From Patescibacteria group bacterium (GTDB taxonomy: Bacteria; Patescibacteriota; Patescibacteriia; Patescibacteriales; JAQTRU01), in NCBI GenBank assembly GCA_028716725.1, contig JAQUPG010000003.1, positions 11,512-75,511 of the forward strand: 64,000 bases of DNA. Direction: 5' to 3'. Shown in pieces: positions 43,471-51,709 of the stretch. The position numbers and the translations under genes were made by a program. The notes beneath the pieces were generated by a model. The model was not told the DNA's origin. It made no database searches and saw only the letters and a list, made by a program, of their open reading frames with translations. Each line of letters opens with the position of its first letter. Within the stretch, counting starts at the first letter, position 1.

Positions 43471-44226
43471 ATGTCTCATATATTTCAAATTGTTTTTTAT
43501 CAGCCGATTTTAAACCTGTTAGTCTGGCTGTATAATATTGTCCCCGGCCACGATTTGGGCCTGGCTATTATTTTATTGACGGTTATTATTAAGGCGGTTT
43601 TATTGCCTCTTTCCAGGCAGTCCATTAAATCCCAGAAAGCTTTGCAGGATTTGCAGCCAAAAATTGACGAGATAAAAAAGAAATATGCCAATAAGAAAGA
43701 AGAACAAGGTCGGGCCATGCTGGAGCTCTATAAGGAAAACAAGGTCAATCCGTTTTCTTCCTGTTTGCCGCTTTTAATCCAGCTGCCTTTCCTTTGGGCC
43801 GTTTTCCGGGTATTCCGGGACGGATTGGCGGGCAATTCACTTGATTTGGTTTATCCGTTTATCAGCCGGCCGGAAGCGGTAAATAGCATATCCCTTGGTT
43901 TTTTGGAGCTATCTAAACCTAATATATATTTGGCGGTTTTAGCCGGCTTAGCCCAGTTTTGGCAGGCAAAAATGATGATGACGAAAAAGCCGGCAATAAA
44001 AAGCAACGGAGCCAAGGACGAAAACATGATGGCGGTTATGAATAAGCAAATGCTTTATTTTATGCCTATTTTAACGGTTTTTTTCGGTCTGACTTTGCCC
44101 GGCGGCTTGACCCTTTATTGGTTTGTCACAACGGTTTTAACCGCCCTGCAGCAATTATATATTTTTAAGCAGCCAGACGAACCGAATCGGGGCGGTGGAG
44201 TTGTCGAGGGTCAGATTATTAAATAA
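43471..44226 (+). CDS. yidC: Membrane protein insertase YidC (short form)
   Basis: 251 aa with ...LLPLS.QS.KSQKALQDLQPKIDEIKKKY...NP...CLPLLIQLP. Confidence 0.85.
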   Translation: MSHIFQIVFYQPILNLLVWLYNIVPGHDLGLAIILLTVIIKAVLLPLSRQSIKSQKALQDLQPKIDEIKKKYANKKEEQGRAMLELYKENKVNPFSSCLPLLIQLPFLWAVFRVFRDGLAGNSLDLVYPFISRPEAVNSISLGFLELSKPNIYLAVLAGLAQFWQAKMMMTKKPAIKSNGAKDENMMAVMNKQMLYFMPILTVFFGLTLPGGLTLYWFVTTVLTALQQLYIFKQPDEPNRGGGVVEGQIIK

Positions 44227-44273
44227 TTTCCATTTTTTCTTTATTCATTATTAATTTTACATTATTAATTCTC

Positions 44274-45095
44274 ATGATTGGCGTTTTCGACTCCGGTTTC
44301 GGGGGCTTAACAATTTTAAAAGCGTTCCTGGACAAGCTGCCTGAATATAATTATATTTATTTGGGTGATAGCGCCCGGGCGCCTTATGGCAATAAGTCGC
44401 CGGAGCTGATTTATAAATACACCGAAGAAGCGGTGGATTTTTTATTTAAAAAGGGCTGCGAGCTGATAATTGTGGCCTGCAATACGGTTTCGGCCGAGGC
44501 TTTAAGAAAAATTCAGCAGAAATGGCTGCCGGAAAATTATTCTACCCGGCGGGTCTTGGGCGTTATTATCCCGATTACTGAGGCTCTCGTTGAAGAAGTT
44601 AAGAAATCTCCCGGAAAAAATCAGGTAGGAATTATTGGCACGCGTTCCACAATTGAATCAAAGGCTTATAGTCGGGAACTGGAGAAATTATCTTCTGATT
44701 TAGAAATTTCGAGCCAGGCCTGTCCCCTGCTCGTGCCTTTGGTGGAAGAAGGCTGGGTAAAAAGGAAGGAAACAAAAATGATTTTAAAATATTATCTGCG
44801 CCCGCTTAAATTAAAAAAAATTGATTATCTGATTTTGGGCTGCACCCATTACTCCATTCTCTTTAAGGAAATTGAAAAGGTAATGGGCAAACGCTGTCAG
44901 GTGTTTGACTCGCCTAAGTTTGTGGCCGAGAAGCTAGCTCTCTATTTAAGAAGGCATCCGGAAATTGAAGGAAAAATTTTAAAAGAGAGAAAAATGGTTT
45001 TTTATACGACGGACGACCCGCAAAGATTTAGGGATTTGGGAGAAAAATTTTTAGGGCAGAAAATGGAGAAAATAGAAAAAGTAAGTTTGCAGTAA
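44274..45095 (+). CDS. murI: Glutamate racemase
   Basis: VFDSGFGGLT, ACNT and GCTHY motifs. Confidence 0.9.
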   Translation: MIGVFDSGFGGLTILKAFLDKLPEYNYIYLGDSARAPYGNKSPELIYKYTEEAVDFLFKKGCELIIVACNTVSAEALRKIQQKWLPENYSTRRVLGVIIPITEALVEEVKKSPGKNQVGIIGTRSTIESKAYSRELEKLSSDLEISSQACPLLVPLVEEGWVKRKETKMILKYYLRPLKLKKIDYLILGCTHYSILFKEIEKVMGKRCQVFDSPKFVAEKLALYLRRHPEIEGKILKERKMVFYTTDDPQRFRDLGEKFLGQKMEKIEKVSLQ

Positions 45096-45157
45096 ACTTT
45101 ATATAAAAAACAGCCCCGAGAACTCGGAACTGTTTTTTTATTTATTTTTAGATATTT

Positions 45158-45532
45158 TTACGCCTGCCAAAGTCCGTGGAGGTTGCAGTATGCCCGGGCG
45201 ATAATTTCTTTCGCGTCAACGCAAAATTCGGCTTCCGGTTTGTCTCCTGGCCTTAGGAATTTTTTATAAGACTGGCCGTCCGCGATAATTTCTATCCATT
45301 CAATATAATGCGCTTCTTCCATAGGATGAGGCACAGAACCGATTTTTACTTTAACGTCCTTGCCCGTTTTTTCAATAACCGGTACGTGTTTTTCCTGGGC
45401 AGCATCAACCGTATTGGGATTCTGGAGCTGCATTGGTTGCCCGCAGCAAACTAATTGTCCGACTCCGGTATGAATCATTTCCACGATATTGCCGCAGACA
45501 TTACATTTATAGATTTCATTTATTTTTGTCAT
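45158..45532 (-). CDS. dfx: Desulfoferrodoxin (2Fe superoxide reductase)
   Basis: The N-terminal desulforedoxin CNVCGN..CCGQPM plus SOR-domain ligands (HVPV..H..E.HYIEW..CNLHGLW). The ATG at 45532 is used. Confidence 0.85.
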   Translation of the reverse strand: MTKINEIYKCNVCGNIVEMIHTGVGQLVCCGQPMQLQNPNTVDAAQEKHVPVIEKTGKDVKVKIGSVPHPMEEAHYIEWIEIIADGQSYKKFLRPGDKPEAEFCVDAKEIIARAYCNLHGLWQA

Positions 45533-45536
45533 ATTT

Positions 45537-45935
45537 TTATTCCGTTGTTTTGCCATCAAAGTCAGGTGAATTAGCTTCCGCTTCGGCTTTAGTCGCGCGC
45601 ACAACTCCGTCTTGATGGTGCGCCGGAGAATAAATGGTGTAGAGTTTCAGCTCTTCCATTTCGGAAACGTTAATAATATTATGCTGGGAACCGGCTGGCA
45701 CGACTATGGCCGACCCGTCCTTTAAATTATACTCGTTGCCGTCAATAATGCATTTTCCCTCTCCTTTCTCAAAGCGGAAAAATTGGTCATTGTCCGGATG
45801 CACTTCCATCCCGATTTCCTCTCTCGGAGCCAGCGACATTAAAACTAATTGGCTGTGCTTGCCGGTGTAGAGCACTTTGCGGAAATTTTTATTTTCCAAA
45901 GTGTCTTTTTCGATGTTGGCATTAAAACCTTTCAT
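45537..45935 (-). CDS. Cupin-domain protein
   Basis: [19 protein letters not shown]....G....[13 protein letters not shown] cupin motifs. The ATG at 45935 is used. Confidence 0.7.
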   Translation of the reverse strand: MKGFNANIEKDTLENKNFRKVLYTGKHSQLVLMSLAPREEIGMEVHPDNDQFFRFEKGEGKCIIDGNEYNLKDGSAIVVPAGSQHNIINVSEMEELKLYTIYSPAHHQDGVVRATKAEAEANSPDFDGKTTE

Positions 45936-45963
45936 AATTTTTTGTTTAATTATTAAATATTTT

Positions 45964-46131
45964 CTAATCAACGGACTGGAAAAAATCGCAATGGGCATCT
46001 GGCGGCACTTCGCATTTGCCTTCCGTGCAAAAGCTTTTTCCATTCTCAAACTTAAAACTTGTGCAATTTTGGCATTGCGTTTTTTTATCATACCAATTTT
46101 CTTTATAATCAGCTTCTATTTCGTGAGACAT
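45964..46131 (-). CDS. Small Cys-rich protein (candidate metal/FeS-binding mini-protein)
   Basis: Not in the track (55 aa). Hand translation: MSHEIEADYKENWYDKKTQCQNCTSFKFENGKSFCTEGKCEVPPDAHCDFFQSVD*. Its ATG overlaps the upstream gene's end by 16 nt, which suggests operon coupling. Confidence 0.4.
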   Translation of the reverse strand: MSHEIEADYKENWYDKKTQCQNCTSFKFENGKSFCTEGKCEVPPDAHCDFFQSVD

Positions 46132-47261
46132 ATTTTTTTAAAGTCCCCTATCGCCTCTTTATGCTTATAGGCGATTAAGCGGGGCAATTTATTTATAGTA
46201 AAAAATTTAAATTCCTGCGATTCTTTATTTAATTTTATTTTTTCTCCCGTCGCCTGTCCGTAATAAATTATATCTAGATTTATTCCCAGAGGGTCATTGT
46301 CTATCTGGTAAACGCCTATCAATTTTTTAATTTTAATATTTAAGCCGGTTTCTTCTTTTATTTCCCGGATGGCCGTTTCCTCCGGTTTTTCGTCGTAATC
46401 AATATAACCCCCAGGCAGGCACCAATAGCCCAAAAGCGGCTTTTGCGCCCGTTTGATCAGAAGTATTTTTCTCCTCTTTGCAATAATTACGCTGGCTACC
46501 GGTTTTGGGTTATTCCAGAAAATAAAACCGCATTTCGGACAGGATAATAGTTTTCTTCTGTCTATAGACTTTCTTTTTAGTCCGGTGGCGCAAGTAGGGC
46601 AGAATTTATATTCTTTTTCTCTCGGATTGTTTTTTGTATAGTATTCTTTGATTATTTCATTCTTTAGGCGGTCAAAAGGGCCATTTTTAAGTCGGTATTC
46701 CCAAAGAAACAACCGGGCCGAATCGGTTAGCTTATCAACCATAAATCTTATCTTGTCTTTCACCCTTTCTGCTCCGTCGGCTTTAAGAAGTTTTTGGGCG
46801 ATGGAAGTGAAAAAGGCGAAATTATCCGAGGCCACGAGATAATTTAAATCAGAATCATTTATCTCTCCAATTTTTTTTCCGAGATCATCGTGGTGGGTTA
46901 TCAGGAATTTAACCTTTTTTAAAATATTACTATTGGCTCCATTTTTCTTTAAAATGGGGACAATAAATTCCGCACTTCTTTCGGCGTGCCTTTTTTTATG
47001 AAGGAAATACGCTTTGCTTTTTCGGTCTCCTTTAAAGCCGCCACCCATTTTGGGGGTTACTATCCGGTCAATGTCGTGGAATAAAGCCGCTAGTTTCAGG
47101 GGGATGGAAGCATCCGGATTTAATTTTTCCGCCCACCTTAAAACATCTAAGGCATGAAGCCTTTCCCCCTCTACTCCCTGCATTATATCCTTATTATGGT
47201 ATTTATATTTTTTGCAGGTTTCCTCTAAGATTTTTTTGGCATTCTCGATTATTTTATCCAT
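46116..47261 (-). CDS. HD-domain / zinc-ribbon / NUDIX hydrolase fusion protein
   Basis: N-terminal H...HD (LHALDV.., ALFHDIDR, ITHHDD), a CPTC...CPKC ribbon, and the Nudix box GGYIDYDEKPEETAIREIKEETGL. The ATG at 47261 is preferred over the TTG at 47300. Confidence 0.75.
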   Translation of the reverse strand: MDKIIENAKKILEETCKKYKYHNKDIMQGVEGERLHALDVLRWAEKLNPDASIPLKLAALFHDIDRIVTPKMGGGFKGDRKSKAYFLHKKRHAERSAEFIVPILKKNGANSNILKKVKFLITHHDDLGKKIGEINDSDLNYLVASDNFAFFTSIAQKLLKADGAERVKDKIRFMVDKLTDSARLFLWEYRLKNGPFDRLKNEIIKEYYTKNNPREKEYKFCPTCATGLKRKSIDRRKLLSCPKCGFIFWNNPKPVASVIIAKRRKILLIKRAQKPLLGYWCLPGGYIDYDEKPEETAIREIKEETGLNIKIKKLIGVYQIDNDPLGINLDIIYYGQATGEKIKLNKESQEFKFFTINKLPRLIAYKHKEAIGDFKKICLTK

Positions 47262-47275
47262 AATGAATAGTTCAG

Positions 47276-47755
47276 CTATATTTTTAAACTTAACGCCCAA
47301 TCTTTGGCTTTCTCTCCATTTTTTTCTTTATTGTTTTTAACGTTTAAAAAATTCATTTGCCCGATAATCGCATTCCCCGCCAGTTCTTTAGCTAAATTTT
47401 CTAAAGTTTTTCCGGGGTTGCCCTCATGGCAGCAGAACAATCCGATTTTTTTGTCTCTTAGCTTCACCCGCGTAAAAAACGACCGCAGGGGCGGGCTAAA
47501 GGTGAAAGCCCAGACCGGGGTGCCGATTATGATTATATCATAATCCAAAGGATTTTTGGTAAAAATTTCCAGTTTCGGTTTTTCTTTAAAAACTACCTGC
47601 CGGCCGCCCCAGAAATATTTTAAAAATCCGTTCGGGTTTATTTCCTTTAAGGGTTTAAGCTCTAAAATATCCGCGCTTAAGGTTCGGGCCATGGTTTCGG
47701 CCATTAATCTCGTGCTTCCTTCCAAGGAATAATAGACGATAATTTTATTTGGCAT
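47276..47755 (-). CDS. Flavodoxin-family protein
   Basis: KIIVYYSLEGSTR...IIIGTPVW pattern. Confidence 0.7.
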   Translation of the reverse strand: MPNKIIVYYSLEGSTRLMAETMARTLSADILELKPLKEINPNGFLKYFWGGRQVVFKEKPKLEIFTKNPLDYDIIIIGTPVWAFTFSPPLRSFFTRVKLRDKKIGLFCCHEGNPGKTLENLAKELAGNAIIGQMNFLNVKNNKEKNGEKAKDWALSLKI

Positions 47756-47764
47756 ATAGTTAGA

Positions 47765-47793
47765 TTGACAAAATAGTTGATATGTGCTATCAT
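47765..47793 (+). promoter_or_regulatory. Sigma70-type promoter
   Basis: TTGACA, 17 nt, TATCAT. A second candidate, TTGGCA-17-TAAAAT, lies closer to the gene. Confidence 0.5.
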
Positions 47794-47883
47794 TAATAAT
47801 TGCTTATCTCATGGCTATTCTTTGGCAAATGCTGAATATTATCCTAAAATCACTATAAATAATCTAAGAAAGGAGTAGCCGTT

Positions 47884-48294
47884 ATGAGCAAAAAGAGTTG
47901 TTCTTTCCAGGGCGTAGTTGCTTATGCCAAGCCTGGTGAAATCCCGAAGGAACAGTATCGGCGTTTCGCCACCGAACTCGTAGCCGGCTCAATGTCGGAC
48001 AGCTTATGGAAGCCGGACGGCAGCCAAGCCAGTTCAATCGTTATCCGCAAGGAGATCTGGATTAATATCGGCGGAAAGGGTGATGGCCTGGGAGACGGGA
48101 CAATGTATCCAGTCTTTCATGTCTACAATTACCTTGACCCGTCGGTCACGATACCGGGTTGGGGTTGTCTGGTCAACCCCCACAAGAAGCCCTTCCGTAC
48201 GTTCCGCGGGGCGTTGAGAGTGGCCAAGAAGCACTTCAATGCCGCCCTCGCCAGCGGCAAATGGGTCACGTTCGATCAAATGAAGGCGAAGTAG
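47884..48294 (+). CDS. Hypothetical protein (GC-rich orphan with strong SD)
   Basis: 136-aa ORF. gAAAGGAGtagccgttATG precedes it, and its own terminator follows. No family recognised. Confidence 0.6.
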   Translation: MSKKSCSFQGVVAYAKPGEIPKEQYRRFATELVAGSMSDSLWKPDGSQASSIVIRKEIWINIGGKGDGLGDGTMYPVFHVYNYLDPSVTIPGWGCLVNPHKKPFRTFRGALRVAKKHFNAALASGKWVTFDQMKAK

Positions 48295-48321
48295 CCTATC
48301 GGCCGTACAGCCATTTTTTCA

Positions 48322-48357
48322 AAGGTCATGTGTGAACAATTCCACATGGCCTTTTTT
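48322..48357 (+). terminator. Intrinsic terminator
   Basis: AGGTCATGTG-tgaacaattc-CACATGGCCT followed by TTTTT. Confidence 0.75.
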
Positions 48358-48442
48358 ATTTTATTTCCCCCTCCTGACTAGGAGAGGGCTAGGGTGAGGT
48401 GTCGTCTAGCTCTACGCTAAAGCCCGGAGCCGACAGTAGGAA

Positions 48443-48835
48443 TTACAGCTTCTTTGGTTTTAAATAAAACAGCAGAGCCGTATAAATAAAAAGCAGGATC
48501 ATTTCAACTATAGTTTGGGTTTTCTTCGCGGGCGCGCCAAGCTGGGTAAAATCTATTTTCAAAATGATGCCAAGACTAAAAATAATCGCGATAATACCGC
48601 CGATTATGATAACGTTAAGGGCGTCAATATTTTTTATGGGGTTTCTGGCGATGGCAAGTAGTAGCAAGGAAAGAATTATCGCGACTAACGCTATGACAGT
48701 GTCGTGATATGGCTGATATAAGGCCTTATCGTAAAAAGGGAAAAGGGTAAAGCCAAAAAAATGAACTACGGCGCTCACCAGATAATATAATGCCCCCAGT
48801 ACTAATAATATTTTTAGTGATTGTATTTTATTCAT
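48443..48835 (-). CDS. Integral membrane protein (4 TM), hypothetical
   Basis: 130-aa hydrophobic ORF. Confidence 0.5.
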   Translation of the reverse strand: MNKIQSLKILLVLGALYYLVSAVVHFFGFTLFPFYDKALYQPYHDTVIALVAIILSLLLLAIARNPIKNIDALNVIIIGGIIAIIFSLGIILKIDFTQLGAPAKKTQTIVEMILLFIYTALLFYLKPKKL

Positions 48836-48858
48836 AATTTTTTCCGTCTCGTCTCCAT

Positions 48859-49839
48859 TTATAACAGATTTTTTATATTCTCAATGATTTTTTCTTCTAA
48901 ATCAAGGTAGTCTTTTTTTAGATTCTCTCGTTTTATTTTCTCGCTTTTTTCTCCAGGATAAAATATTTCAATTACACCTTCGGCTTTCCGGGAATTTTTT
49001 ATTTCTTTAACCAATTTTGAAACATTATTTTTGAATTCCTCAATTGGCTGGAATATTGAGGGATCAAAAAAAATAAAAAAGAAACCCCGGTTAGCTTTGG
49101 TTTTATTATGTATATCGACATTAAACATAGTTTTTGTCAGTATTTCAATAACTAAAGCCAAAGCTGAGCCCCTGTGATCACCAAAGGGCAGGATAGCTCC
49201 GGCCATGGCCTCAATCGGATCTGTAGTTGGTCGTCCGTTTTTATCAATAGTCACATTTTCCGGAAGGCTTCTGCCTAATTTTTCTGTCAGTCTGACTTTC
49301 CCCATAGCGATTTTGGCTGTGGCCATGTCAACTACAATTGGCAGACCATCATTAGGAATTCCAATAGCAATCGGATTGGTGCCAAGGATTGGGTCAATGG
49401 AGCCGGTAGGCGCGATTCTGGGCCGGCCGCCATAATTAAACACAAAACCGACTAAATTATTTTCTGCGGCCATTCGGGCATAGGTGCCGGGCATTAAATA
49501 AGAATGCATATTATAAATTCCCATCATGGCAATACCTTTGTTTTTCGCTTTTTTTATCAACCCCGGAACGTATTTATTGCAGACAATCTGGCCCAAATTT
49601 TTTTGTCCGTCAATAAAAAGCAGATTATCTTCTTCGCGAATAATTTTAGGTTTCCTGGCAGTAGAATCAACCAGTTTGGCTCCGAAGTTCGGAAAAAACT
49701 GAAAACCATGGCATTCCCGGCCGCGCAGTTCAGCATCCAGATATTCATTAAAAATTTCTAAGGCCTCTTTTTCTAGCAAGCCTCTTTTTGCAAGTATGGA
49801 TAAACACAATTTTTTTAATTCTTCAATTTTTATTTTCAT
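48859..49839 (-). CDS. Ldh_2-family (malate/L-lactate/sulfolactate-type) dehydrogenase
   Basis: ..DAELRGRECHGF.., ..FGDHRGSALALVIEIL.. The ATG at 49839 avoids overlap with the upstream cupin gene. Confidence 0.75.
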   Translation of the reverse strand: MKIKIEELKKLCLSILAKRGLLEKEALEIFNEYLDAELRGRECHGFQFFPNFGAKLVDSTARKPKIIREEDNLLFIDGQKNLGQIVCNKYVPGLIKKAKNKGIAMMGIYNMHSYLMPGTYARMAAENNLVGFVFNYGGRPRIAPTGSIDPILGTNPIAIGIPNDGLPIVVDMATAKIAMGKVRLTEKLGRSLPENVTIDKNGRPTTDPIEAMAGAILPFGDHRGSALALVIEILTKTMFNVDIHNKTKANRGFFFIFFDPSIFQPIEEFKNNVSKLVKEIKNSRKAEGVIEIFYPGEKSEKIKRENLKKDYLDLEEKIIENIKNLL

Positions 49840-49858
49840 AGCCGTATGTTTTTTATAT

Positions 49859-50218
49859 CTAAACAACTTCTTCATCTTCTGGCCGCCAGGCCGGATCCAC
49901 AAGGCATAAGAATTTTAAATCAGAATTTCCGGTGTTTTTAATATATTGTTTCGCGTTTGGCGGAATATAGACAGCTTGATTAGAATGAACTTTTTCCGAT
50001 TCATTCTCAATATACATTATACCCTCCCCTTCTAAAATATAATAAACTTCGGAAGTTTTAAGTTTATGAGGCAAAGAAGTTTCGCCAGGTTTTATAATTG
50101 CGTGAGCTAAACTATAGCGAATCTGTAATTTTTCATTTTTCGGATGCAAAACCTCGCGGAGAATTGAATTATCTCCGGCAATTATTTCTTCGCAGTTTTG
50201 TAAGTCTTTTATTAACAT
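49859..50218 (-). CDS. Cupin-domain protein
   Basis: Cupin_2 pattern (PGETSLPHKLKTSEVYYILEGEG...VYIPPNA). Its SD (AGGAGG) is supplied by an upstream repeat module. Confidence 0.7.
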   Translation of the reverse strand: MLIKDLQNCEEIIAGDNSILREVLHPKNEKLQIRYSLAHAIIKPGETSLPHKLKTSEVYYILEGEGIMYIENESEKVHSNQAVYIPPNAKQYIKNTGNSDLKFLCLVDPAWRPEDEEVV

Positions 50219-50316
50219 ATTCTGCCTCCTTGATAAAGGGCCTGCCTGCCGGTAGGCAGGGGTTAGGGGGATTTATGGCTCTACGCTCAAGCCCGGAGTC
50301 GGCGACAGTTGGTAAA

Positions 50317-50769
50317 TTAATTACTTTTTTCCAATAATTCTCTTAGCCGATCTATAAAGGCCTTTTCCCATGCTTTCATGGCGAACCAGCCGATAAGGGG
50401 CTTGGCAATAATCCGCAGCCATTTTTTATGGATATCCACCTCGTAGACATAGTTGATTTTTGTGCCGCCCTCCACATTTTCCAATAAAAGCTCCTCATGC
50501 CCTGATGTGCCGAATTTCGGGCTCTCATTGTCGGAAATAAAACCTCTTTGCGGGAGAATTTTAGTTTTCATTTTGACCGGGAAAGCGGTGCCGAAAGATT
50601 TTACTTCCGCATCCATTTCTAAATAGTTGCCGTCTCTCTTGGTAATAGTGATTGATTTGGCAACTGTTGGAAAATTTTTCGGCATATTTTCAAAATCAGT
50701 GATAATCTTAAAAACATCCTCAAGAGGAGCTTTTATTATCCAAGAACCTTGCAGATGAATATGTTTCAT
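50317..50769 (-). CDS. SRPBCC (START/polyketide-cyclase-like) family protein
   Basis: 150 aa of typical size with the IKAPLEDVFKIITDFENMPKNFP start. Confidence 0.6.
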   Translation of the reverse strand: MKHIHLQGSWIIKAPLEDVFKIITDFENMPKNFPTVAKSITITKRDGNYLEMDAEVKSFGTAFPVKMKTKILPQRGFISDNESPKFGTSGHEELLLENVEGGTKINYVYEVDIHKKWLRIIAKPLIGWFAMKAWEKAFIDRLRELLEKSN

Positions 50770-50851
50770 AGTGATTGGTTTATTTTAAAAAGCGTTTTTA
50801 TCTCGTCTAGCTCTACGCAGAGCCCGGAGCTGACGGCGGAATTATATTTCA

Positions 50852-50998
50852 GCTAACGTTTCCTCGATATCTGAAGTTCTGAAAATCCCTTGTTAAGTTT
50901 AATCATTATTTTCAGAATTTGGGTGGAATATTTTTTTACTCCATTATATTAATTTGAAAAAAATATGTAACCAGATATCGCGTGTTAGGCGTTGTTGG
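50852..50998. repeat. Structured element E1 (three-way junction; covaries with E2)
   Basis: P1 is CGATATCTG (50865-73) with CAGATATCG (50972-80). P2 is TTCTGAAAAT (50877-86) with ATTTTCAGAA (50908-17). P3 is ATATTTTTTT (50928-37) with AAAAAAATAT (50957-66). Junctions are GAAGTT, TTTGGGTGGA and GTAAC. Confidence 0.65.
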
Positions 50999-51016
50999 TC
51001 TTTATTCTTTACCTTA

Positions 51017-51466
51017 TTATTCAATTTTTAATAAATCACCGCTAAGGCATATCGGTTGCATTGCTTTCAATTCGTCAGTATACGATAGATCAGGAATGTC
51101 ATTATATAGATAAATCGTTTTGTTTAATACGTGGGCAAATCCCATTTCAAGGAAAGTATTACCACCTATGTAGTTGGCAATTCCTTTTTTCTCTAGATTC
51201 AGAACAAGGATAGCATCGGAGTCGTTGATTTTATTATAATATCTTTTAATCACGTCATCAGCTATTTTTCTTTTGGCACTTTCTCGAAAACCCGCATCAC
51301 CGTTTACGCTCTTCTCCTTTAAAAAGTCTTCGAGTGTTAATTCTCCATTTAAAATACGCTGACTAGTTAACGGGATATCTACAGTATGTCCTTGTTTAGT
51401 AAGTTCGTCTGAAACTTCCTTGATTTGGGGAGTGAAGTCGATGCTTCCGCAGATTACGATTTTCAT
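51017..51466 (-). CDS. Nucleoside 2-deoxyribosyltransferase-like protein
   Basis: 149 aa. MKIVICGSI.F N-terminus and ...AILVLN....G..NYIGGNTFLEMGFA, typical of the NDT/Rcl-like fold. AT-rich. Confidence 0.45.
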   Translation of the reverse strand: MKIVICGSIDFTPQIKEVSDELTKQGHTVDIPLTSQRILNGELTLEDFLKEKSVNGDAGFRESAKRKIADDVIKRYYNKINDSDAILVLNLEKKGIANYIGGNTFLEMGFAHVLNKTIYLYNDIPDLSYTDELKAMQPICLSGDLLKIE

Positions 51467-51525
51467 AGAATAGGTGATTTATTAAAAATTATTTAGATAA
51501 AGAAAAAAGAATAAAGGGCAATTTC

Positions 51526-51622
51526 GCCTAACGTTTACCGATATACGAAGTTGCAAAACCCGAAGGGGATTGCAATTTGGGTGAGGGGCGAGCCGAGCCC
51601 CGAACCGTATATCGCGTTGTTG
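51526..51622. repeat. Structured element E2 (three-way junction; covaries with E1)
   Basis: P1 is CGATATACG (51539-47) with CGTATATCG (51606-14). P2 is TTGCAAAACCC with GGGGATTGCAA. P3 is GGGGC-gagccga-GCCCC (51585-51601). Junctions are GAAGTT, TTTGGGTGA and GAAC. Confidence 0.65.
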
Positions 51623-51709
51623 TACGACCCGAGGTCTGCCTTCTTTATTATCATAATTAAGAAAAGGCAGGCCGAGAGCGCAGCGCGGTTTAGTTGTGCT
51701 GATTTTTGT

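Noticed and set aside
45936-46091. The N-terminal extension of the cupin ORF (start at 46091) and the extension of dfx (start at 45604).
   Set aside because: The extensions are basic, low-complexity, and overlap the better-supported 55-aa Cys-rich ORF or the cupin gene. Conserved domains begin at internal ATGs (45935 and 45532).
50852-51622. Calling E1/E2 bona fide integron attC sites, or the locus a CALIN.
   Set aside because: Only partial support exists (GCCTAAC in E2, GTTAGGC in E1). E2 lacks a proper GTTRRRY end and the bracketed ORF is in the opposite orientation to typical cassettes. Internal junction sequences are conserved, which is unusual for attC. No integrase is present in the window. 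It is kept only as an alternative hypothesis.
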